Shown: positions 25,608-32,000 of the stretch, one piece after another | Numbering within the stretch: the first letter of the stretch is position 1 | Layout: each line of letters begins with the position of its first letter | Source: Desulfocapsa sulfexigens DSM 10523 | Lineage (GTDB): Bacteria; Desulfobacterota; Desulfobulbia; Desulfobulbales; Desulfocapsaceae | Direction of reading: 5' to 3' | Assembly (NCBI RefSeq): GCF_000341395.1 | Contig: NC_020304.1 | Span: forward strand, 2,460,001-2,492,000 | DNA: 32,000 nt | The notes under the pieces: model-generated | Seen by the model: the letters and a program-made list of their open reading frames with translations, nothing else | Database searches by the model: none | What the model was told of the DNA's origin: nothing | Translations under genes and position numbers: made by a program

Positions 25608-26738
25608 TTATCCGGCCATGAGTGACTTGGTCAGTTGGTGGATGACCTCGCCATCTTTGGTGACCAGTGATCCACTGGTGATTTCATCTTCCATATTCAT
25701 CTTAAAACCATTTTCATCACAGAGATGGAAAAGGAATTTTTCAACATTCTTGGAAAACATCTGAGAGGCGTGAAAGGACATGGTGGAAGGCAGGTTGGCA
25801 TGACCGATAATCTGGACACCATGGACAACAATATTTTCACCAGGTGTGGTGAGCGCACAGTTGCCTCCCATTTCAGCCGCAAGATCGACAATGACAGACC
25901 CGGGTTTCATGGATTTAACCTGTTCTTCACTGATCAGAATAGGCGCTTTCTTGCCGGGAATGAGAGCGGTAGGAATGACCACATCTGATTTAGCAATGTG
26001 TTTGGAAATCAGTTCAGCCTGTTTCTTTTTATATTCATCTGACATCTCTTTGGCATAACCGCCACCGCCCGACCCGTCTTCTTTTATTGGAACTTCAACA
26101 AACTTGGCACCGACTGAATTGACCTGTTCCTTTACTTCGGGGCGGACATCAAATGCTTCAACAACTCCACCAAGACGTTTTGCGGTGGCACAGGCCATAA
26201 GCCCGGCTACTCCGGCACCGAGAACAAGAACTTTCGCTGGGGCAATCGTTCCAGCGGCAGTCATAAGCATGGGGAAAAACTTGTTGATATTATCTGCAGC
26301 AAGGAGCACTGCCTTGTAGCCGGAAATGGTACTCATCGAGGAAAGAACATCCATGGATTGCGCCAGAGTTGTTCGTGGGATGATATCAAGACCGAATGCC
26401 GTGATTTTTTTATCCTGAAATTTTTTGACGATGTCGTGGCGCAGGGTCGACTGGACAATGGAAATATAGAAGGAGCCATCTTTAAGGGCTTCGGCTTCTT
26501 CCATGGATGGCGGGCGAACTTTAATCACACAGTCACCCTGACTGATAAGTTCTGCGGCAGTCGCCACGATGGTGGCTCCTTTATCCGTGTAATCCTGATC
26601 ACTATGACCGGACGCCAGGCCTGCACCTGCTTCAATCAAAACGTCAAAGCCATGTTGGCTAAGTCGCTTGATGGAATCCGGAATGATAGCAACCCTGTTT
26701 TCGCCCTCTTCTGTCTCTTTTAGAACAGCGAGTTTCAT
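25608..26738 (-). CDS. pntAA: NAD(P) transhydrogenase subunit alpha part 1 (dI, alanine dehydrogenase-like)
   Basis: 376 aa with the Rossmann motif VLVLGAGVAGL and the typical start MKLAVLKETEEGENRVA. GAGAGGA SD. Confidence 0.95.
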   Translation of the reverse strand: MKLAVLKETEEGENRVAIIPDSIKRLSQHGFDVLIEAGAGLASGHSDQDYTDKGATIVATAAELISQGDCVIKVRPPSMEEAEALKDGSFYISIVQSTLRHDIVKKFQDKKITAFGLDIIPRTTLAQSMDVLSSMSTISGYKAVLLAADNINKFFPMLMTAAGTIAPAKVLVLGAGVAGLMACATAKRLGGVVEAFDVRPEVKEQVNSVGAKFVEVPIKEDGSGGGGYAKEMSDEYKKKQAELISKHIAKSDVVIPTALIPGKKAPILISEEQVKSMKPGSVIVDLAAEMGGNCALTTPGENIVVHGVQIIGHANLPSTMSFHASQMFSKNVEKFLFHLCDENGFKMNMEDEITSGSLVTKDGEVIHQLTKSLMAG

Positions 26739-26842
26739 GGTGGGTCCTCTCTAAAAAAATATAATGAACTGAACTTTGTCGAATCTTTATATTCCACAGG
26801 TAATGCGGATAAGATTTGAACTGTGAAATGAATGAGCGCTCA

Positions 26843-26871
26843 ATACTACGGTATCTTGGCCTAATGGTCAA
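26843..26871 (-). promoter_or_regulatory. Candidate sigma-70 promoter for pntAA-pntAB-pntB
   Basis: The minus strand reads TTGACC-17 nt-TAGTAT, about 100 nt upstream of the pntAA ATG. Confidence 0.4.
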
Positions 26872-26913
26872 GAAATTAGAGGGATTTATGTCAGGAAAAG
26901 GGGAGTCTGTTTT

Positions 26914-28350
26914 TCAGATTGACTGGAGTTTCTCCAGGAGTCGTTGATGAATATTGTCAAAGCCACCGTTGGAAAGAATTGCGACGACATCTTTGGCCTG
27001 GAGGATTTGCAACAGGCTGTCCAGAATAGCATCGGTATCAGGACAGGATTGGGCGTGAAGACCGCGTTTTTTTAGATCATCAGCAAGTTGTCTGGAAGAA
27101 AAAAGCTCATCGCTTGCCACGTTATCAAGGGGGACCGGTTCCCGAATAAAGACAAGATCGGCAGAATCAAAACAGCTGACATAGTCGCGCTGAAAAACAG
27201 CGCGTCGTGAAGAGTTGGTGCGTGGTTCAAAAACAGTAATCAGGCGTTGCCCTGGGTAAGCAGCTTTTAACGCTTTTAATGTCTCCTTGACGGCCGTAGG
27301 GTGGTGAGCAAAGTCATCAATTACGGTTATGTTATTTACTACTCCGCGTACCTCTTGGCGACGCTTGATACCTCCAAACTGTTTGAGTCCCTGATTGATG
27401 GCAGCAGGAGTGACACCTATGCGATGGAGAACTGCAGCAACAGCTAAACTGTTCAGGCAGTTATGGGTACCCGGTAACTGTACTGAGAAATCAGCCCAGT
27501 TTTTACCATGCAGGCGGGCGGTGAAATGAGTTATTCCACCCTCTGCCCGGACATTATGGAGCGACCAGTCCAGATTTGTGTTTTGGCCGTAACCTTGTAC
27601 TTCGCAGGGGGCATCACGCACAACATCCATCACATTGGGATCATCAAGATGGGCGATGATAAGGCCGTCTTTGGGAAGCAGTGAAACAAACTTTTTAAAG
27701 GATCGTTTAATGGCTTCCAGATCAGTAAATATGTCGGCATGATCAAATTCCACCGAAGTTATAATTGCAATGTCTGGCCGATAGTGGAGGAATTTGGATT
27801 CCTTGTCAAAGAAGGCTGTGTCATATTCATCTCCTTCTGAGACAAAATGCTCTCCCTTACCGAGACGAAAATTGGCATCAAATTCCCGGACGATACCGCC
27901 AATCATAAAGGTGGGGTCAAGTCCTGCCCGATTGAGGCAGGATGCAAGAATGGAAGATGTTGTGGTTTTTCCGTGGGTGCCGGTGACCACAAGGGATGTT
28001 CGCGATTGAATAAAGAAATGGGCCAGTGCCTGAGGAAAAGAGAGGTATGGAATTTTAGCCTCGGCCAGTGCCTGTGCTTCAGGATTTATTCTGGTAATGA
28101 CATTCCCCACGATAACAAGATCGGGGCGTGGTTCCAGATTTTGTTTACCGTACCCGTCATGGGCCGTAATACCAATTTCTTCAAGGAAAACAGACATGGG
28201 GGGGTAAACTGATTTGTCGGAGCCGCTGATCTCGTATCCGGAACTTTTCAGCATCCCGGCAAGGGCTGCCATGCCGGTACCACAGATCCCCATGATGTGG
28301 ATGTGGCGGATGGTTTCAGGAGCGCGGTTCAGATCAGGGAGTAGTTCCAT
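26914..28350 (-). CDS. mpl: UDP-N-acetylmuramate:L-alanyl-gamma-D-glutamyl-meso-diaminopimelate ligase (murein peptide ligase)
   Basis: 478 aa. The N-terminus IHIMGICGTGMAALAGMLKSSGYEISGSDKSVYPPMS closely parallels E. coli Mpl (HILGICGTFMGGLA...GSDANVYPPMS). Also GTHGKTTT, EGDEYDTAFFDK and FAHHPTA. Confidence 0.9.
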   Translation of the reverse strand: MELLPDLNRAPETIRHIHIMGICGTGMAALAGMLKSSGYEISGSDKSVYPPMSVFLEEIGITAHDGYGKQNLEPRPDLVIVGNVITRINPEAQALAEAKIPYLSFPQALAHFFIQSRTSLVVTGTHGKTTTSSILASCLNRAGLDPTFMIGGIVREFDANFRLGKGEHFVSEGDEYDTAFFDKESKFLHYRPDIAIITSVEFDHADIFTDLEAIKRSFKKFVSLLPKDGLIIAHLDDPNVMDVVRDAPCEVQGYGQNTNLDWSLHNVRAEGGITHFTARLHGKNWADFSVQLPGTHNCLNSLAVAAVLHRIGVTPAAINQGLKQFGGIKRRQEVRGVVNNITVIDDFAHHPTAVKETLKALKAAYPGQRLITVFEPRTNSSRRAVFQRDYVSCFDSADLVFIREPVPLDNVASDELFSSRQLADDLKKRGLHAQSCPDTDAILDSLLQILQAKDVVAILSNGGFDNIHQRLLEKLQSI

Positions 28351-28511
28351 TACTCTTTTTCCACGGTTGCCTTAATCGTATCAAAGATTTTGGGAAAACC
28401 GATCTCAAAGGTCGCCGGGGTGAGTCTGCCCACCTCAATAAATTTAATGGCTATTTCCTTGGATATCTTCAGGAGCACTTCATCGGCAATTTTACTTTCT
28501 TTACTGTCCAT
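28350..28511 (-). CDS. Unannotated 53-aa ORF translationally coupled to mpl (stop/start overlap TAATG); function unknown
   Basis: Hand translation: MDSKESKIADEVLLKISKEIAIKFIEVGRLTPATFEIGFPKIFDTIKATVEKE*. The ORF fills the whole gap upstream of mpl, and its TAA shares an A with the mpl ATG. It is below the 60-aa cutoff of the ORF track. Confidence 0.45.
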   Translation of the reverse strand: MDSKESKIADEVLLKISKEIAIKFIEVGRLTPATFEIGFPKIFDTIKATVEKE

Positions 28512-28587
28512 GATTGTCTTTAACTAGTGGTTTCTATACGCAGAATAGCGTCGTAATAATAGTACAACAGTTCAGGTGCTGCATAAG

Positions 28588-28638
28588 CCGTCCCTGTTGT
28601 TGTGAAGAAGGCCAATTCCATTGAAACAACAGGGACGG
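28588..28638. terminator. Perfect 14-bp stem with a 23-nt loop, downstream of the secreted-protein gene
   Basis: ccgtccctgttgtt (28588-28601) pairs perfectly with aacaacagggacgg (28625-28638). No clear U-tract on the minus strand. Confidence 0.4.
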
Positions 28639-28704
28639 GATTCCAACAGAAATAACCGATCAAGCCATCCCTGTGAAAACTACATAATTTATTTTGATTT
28701 AAAA

Positions 28705-29295
28705 TTATGGAAGAGCAGCAATAGATTTTAAATCGATGCTTTTCGCATACTCCATAAGCTCCTCACGGGATACATTCTGTCCCTTAAGGGTAACAAGAAA
28801 ACGGTTGTTGATAACGATGTTAATGTCACCGCCATTGTTTTTAAAATTAACAATCCCCTTATAGCCATTGATTAATTCAAATTGTCCGGCGGAAGCTGCA
28901 AAAATAGGATTGGAAAAAATCATAACCATGGATTGCATCAGTGGCGAATCAGTAACGATGGATATGTTTATAACAGAAGTCTCTTTTGTATAGGTTTTTT
29001 CGGCTGTGAGACCGCCACCAAAAAGAGAAGCTGTGGTAACCTGGGATTTGCCCTCATCTGCTGTCCAGCCTGTGAGAGGTTCAGGAAGCATCCTGCTTAA
29101 TGCTTCACCTTTCTTCTGGCGAATCAACTGACTTGCATAATCGAGACTGCTTGCTGCATTACTGAAATCATTCTTTTTATACTCGTCCAGAGCTTTTTCA
29201 ATGGTCTGGATAACGGGATCTTTTTCTTCACCCTGTACAAATGACGGGATAAGCATAACCAGACAGACAAGCATGGATAGGTGTTTTGCTGACAT
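28705..29295 (-). CDS. Secreted/periplasmic protein of unknown function
   Basis: The ATG at 29295 has an AGGAG SD 7 nt upstream. Signal peptide MSAKHLSMLVCLVMLIPSFVQG-EEKD. The mature part is mixed helix and beta with no motif I recognise. Confidence 0.7.
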   Translation of the reverse strand: MSAKHLSMLVCLVMLIPSFVQGEEKDPVIQTIEKALDEYKKNDFSNAASSLDYASQLIRQKKGEALSRMLPEPLTGWTADEGKSQVTTASLFGGGLTAEKTYTKETSVINISIVTDSPLMQSMVMIFSNPIFAASAGQFELINGYKGIVNFKNNGGDINIVINNRFLVTLKGQNVSREELMEYAKSIDLKSIAALP

Positions 29296-29430
29296 CACAG
29301 ACTCCTGATAGAAGTAATTCAATAACTATTATTCTATTTAATATCCTTAATGCATTCTCACAAGAACTTATCAGGTGCAAGCTGAATTTTTTATGTAAAG
29401 GCGTGGTGGGGGAGGTGAAAGAAAGCATTT

Positions 29431-30705
29431 TCATGTGTCCAGGTGTGTCCGCCCAAGCTCAGCTTCTGCCCGGGAAGCTGTGGCGCGTACCAGAGGGGCA
29501 AGGGTCAATCCCTGCACCAGAACAGAAAACACAACAACCATATATGTTATGGTAACCAGCGCATTACGGATATCACCAGACGGCAGAGAAAGGGCAAGTG
29601 CCACAGAGATACCACCTCGAAGACCTCCCCAGGTGAGAATGGAAACAACCCCTGGCGAAAAACTTCTAAAACGCCGCATAATTCCAATGGGAAGGGCCAC
29701 ACTGATCATACGGGCACTTAACACCAAAGGGATTGCCAGTAATCCTGCCAATAGATATTTTTGATCGAGTGTGATTATTACCAACTCCAGACCTATAAGG
29801 ACAAAGAGCACAGCGTTGAGAACTTCATCAATCAATTCCCAGAATGTATCCAGGTGTTCACGTGTTGATTGAGACATGGCAAGTTTACGGCCGTGGTTAC
29901 CGATTAGCAGCCCTGCTACAACAATGGCTATGGGAGCGGATAGATGGAGAGATTCGGCAAGCACATAACCACCGGTGGTGATAGCCAGGGTAATGAGCAC
30001 TTCAACGGAGTAGTTATCAACCTTTTTCAGCATCCAGAAAGAAATGCCCCCAAGAAGCAGACCATATAAAACTCCACCTACAACCTCTGTTGCAAAAATA
30101 TGAAATATGGTCTCAACCGTTACAGGTTTTGTTCCCGTTGCCATCGCTGCTATCACCAAAAATACAACAACAGCGATACCATCGTTAAAGAGTGATTCAC
30201 CAGCAATTTTTGTCTCAAGGCTCTTAGATGCTCCGGCGGTTTTCAAGATGCCCAGAACCGCGATGGGATCGGTGGGTGATATCAAAGAACCAAAGAGCAG
30301 ACAATAAATCATCGGAATATTCAGATCCAACAAGGCCGAAATGTACCAGGCGCCAATACCAATCAAAAAAGTTGCCCCGATAACGCTTGCTGTTGCAAGG
30401 ATTGCAATTACCAGACGTTGTTTTGCCAGATCCTCCAGATTGATATGTAATGCTCCGGCAAAAAGGAGAAAACTGAGCATTCCATGGAGCAGGGTCGCAT
30501 TAAAATCAATGGAGGTGAGCATTCTTTCAACCTCCTGTCCAATGGTACCGTAACCAAACTTAGCCAGACCGATTAAAACAAGGGACATGACAAGGGCAAT
30601 GGTCATTAAGCCAATGGCCGTCGGCATACGGAGAAAGCGGTAATTTACCCAACTGAATGCGGCAGCCAGGCTGATAAGAATGGCGATAATATGAAATAGC
30701 TGCAT
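29431..30705 (-). CDS. nhaP: CPA1-family cation:proton (Na+/H+) antiporter, NhaP-like
   Basis: 424 aa, about 12 TM helices. Contains family-typical segments LFGSLISPTDPIAV, GESLFNDG and TWGGLRGGISVALALS. Confidence 0.88.
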   Translation of the reverse strand: MQLFHIIAILISLAAAFSWVNYRFLRMPTAIGLMTIALVMSLVLIGLAKFGYGTIGQEVERMLTSIDFNATLLHGMLSFLLFAGALHINLEDLAKQRLVIAILATASVIGATFLIGIGAWYISALLDLNIPMIYCLLFGSLISPTDPIAVLGILKTAGASKSLETKIAGESLFNDGIAVVVFLVIAAMATGTKPVTVETIFHIFATEVVGGVLYGLLLGGISFWMLKKVDNYSVEVLITLAITTGGYVLAESLHLSAPIAIVVAGLLIGNHGRKLAMSQSTREHLDTFWELIDEVLNAVLFVLIGLELVIITLDQKYLLAGLLAIPLVLSARMISVALPIGIMRRFRSFSPGVVSILTWGGLRGGISVALALSLPSGDIRNALVTITYMVVVFSVLVQGLTLAPLVRATASRAEAELGRTHLDT

Positions 30706-30777
30706 GCGATCTTCTTTTTTTTATAGGAATTGTGCCTGGGGACAGTGGTGGAAACCACCCTCTGCAAAGTTTATCCA

Positions 30778-32000
30778 TCAGGGGAGAATGGTAATATCCG
30801 GATACACCCCTTGCATGTTGCCAAAGAGAAATGGTTGGATATTATTTAACGAAAGCTTACGGTTATTCTGTGCGTGTCCTTTAACATTGTTGTTATGCTC
30901 ATGGAAAAAGGCACCGTTAACCTCAAGAATGTGTTGTATCCGGTCTTTAAAAGCCTGAACAAAGGTGGATCCGCTGCCTTCAAAAAACATGTTTCCCTGG
31001 TTGGTATGTGTTTCAATTTTTTTGAGATTCTCGAGTGAAATACTGTTTTCCTGAAGCTCCTGCTGATTGGTGACGAGTCCCCAAACCAGAGTGTCTTGAG
31101 GAATGGAGAGAGTCTCCTCGGAGTCTATAATGGTATGAGGCATGATCACACACCCCTTTCCTATTATGAGCCGATGTTCTGGTTTACCGAAGAGAAAACT
31201 GTTGAAGCCTACAAACACACCTTCATCGAGATCGGCTTCAATTATTTTTGCACCATGGGCTGTGACATTGCCCCCTTCCAGGCGAGAGTTAATGATAAAA
31301 CAATGTTCCTGAGCATTTGCCCCCCTGCCCAAATAGGAATTTTCCAGGTAGGCACGTTGGGCAACAAGTACATTTTCTGAAATCGTTGTGCTTGGCAGAA
31401 CGACGGCATAACGATCAAGTGAGGCGTTTTCCGGTACCTTGATTGTGTCTTCCAGGTTGGCAGCGTCAAAAATCGTATTGAATGCATCTTTGCGTGCCTC
31501 AATGAAATCAATCAGGAGCCCAGTTGGCCCTTTTTCAGGGGAACAGTGAATGTATTGCTTGAGTCTTTTTGTGGGATATTGATAGAGAAAATTAAATTGT
31601 CCCGGGCTGTTGACCCAAATTGTTCCAGGTTCGACGTTGAGGTGATTGATCTCGCCGGCCTGTATGTAGGAATAAGGGCCTATTACGCAATCGCGCATGG
31701 TTGTAAGATCAATTGTTGCAAAAGAACCAAGAAAACAGCCATCAGAGGGCGCTCCATGGATATTTGAGTAATCAAGCGCCAGTGTATCCTTGATGAAAAA
31801 ACGTTCGGGAGTCTCGGGATCATGAGAGTAGTTGTGCACCAGTGTCTTTATAAGAGCACTGGTTTCTATGTCTATAAGCTCGTCTTTTGCAAGATCAATA
31901 CTGAAGTGTTTGTATTGAAAGGTGTCCCCTTTTCGCTTGAGTTCGTCACCTCGTATATCTGATTTGTAGAGCAGCGAATCTGATATTCGACAATTACCAA
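30778..32000 (-). CDS. Large protein of unknown function with beta-helix/hexapeptide-like repeats. The N-terminus runs off the right edge of the window.
   Basis: The track ORF begins at a GTG (31839), but the same frame stays open to position 32000 (..GNCRISDSLLYKSDIRGDELKRKGDTFQYKHFSIDLAKDELIDIETSALIKTLVHNY..). Repeated short segments of the type IGKGCVIMPHTII, LGRGANAQEHCFII and VTAHGAKIIEADL suggest a left-handed beta-helix. Confidence 0.55.
   Translation of the reverse strand, partial: GNCRISDSLLYKSDIRGDELKRKGDTFQYKHFSIDLAKDELIDIETSALIKTLVHNYSHDPETPERFFIKDTLALDYSNIHGAPSDGCFLGSFATIDLTTMRDCVIGPYSYIQAGEINHLNVEPGTIWVNSPGQFNFLYQYPTKRLKQYIHCSPEKGPTGLLIDFIEARKDAFNTIFDAANLEDTIKVPENASLDRYAVVLPSTTISENVLVAQRAYLENSYLGRGANAQEHCFIINSRLEGGNVTAHGAKIIEADLDEGVFVGFNSFLFGKPEHRLIIGKGCVIMPHTIIDSEETLSIPQDTLVWGLVTNQQELQENSISLENLKKIETHTNQGNMFFEGSGSTFVQAFKDRIQHILEVNGAFFHEHNNNVKGHAQNNRKLSLNNIQPFLFGNMQGVYPDITILP

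Noticed and set aside
26851-26880. tRNA D-arm-like string ttggcctaatggtcaag
   Set aside because: I could not build an acceptor stem, anticodon arm or T-arm around it. The same bases give a good TTGACC -35 box for pntAA on the other strand.
1-32000. Search for CRISPR arrays, transposase/integrase genes, IS-type terminal inverted repeats, rRNA and tRNA genes
   Set aside because: I saw none by eye. The only periodic repeat is the 11-bp-phased hexamer array at 17249-17319, which is far too short-period to be a CRISPR array.

Overview
The window looks like a chromosomal segment of an anaerobic Desulfobacterota-type (deltaproteobacterial) genome of moderate GC; that lineage call is an inference from gene content. 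About 30 genes are packed tightly, mostly on the minus strand. Most are housekeeping genes: tamA (3' end cut by the window edge), a PNPOx-family protein, a LysE-family exporter, a class-I aminotransferase, a DjlA-like J-protein, ftsY, mrp/apbC, an MBL-fold hydrolase, selB, ftsH, tilS, pntAA-pntAB-pntB, mpl, an NhaP-type antiporter and a large beta-helix-like protein (5' end cut by the window edge). Two accessory blocks stand out. (1) 16.3-21.6 kb lies between tilS and ftsH. It holds an AT-rich DUF1638-like gene, a soluble PAS histidine kinase and a REC-PAS-AAA+-HTH sigma-54 activator. Downstream of the activator are a seven-copy, 11-bp-phased TGTCCC/GGGACA direct-repeat array, a CCACA-N-TGTGG palindrome and a near-consensus sigma-54 promoter. 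That promoter precedes two tandem paralogous 74-aa single-TM proteins that I cannot assign to a family. I consider this the best candidate for an undescribed system. (2) 10.0-14.4 kb holds a membrane-anchored six-heme cytochrome c, a Tat-exported NrfC-like FeS protein and an NrfD-like quinone-interacting subunit, with no catalytic subunit. This module is translationally coupled to a membrane protein that has a histidine-kinase DHp-like segment but no phospho-acceptor His and no ATPase domain, and that gene overlaps the end of ftsH. Other items are a long rod-like structured element downstream of tilS, an orphan CheY-Hpt pair, an unannotated 53-aa ORF coupled to mpl, and selB with no visible sel partners or selenoprotein gene. 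I saw no rRNA, tRNA, CRISPR array, transposase or integrase.
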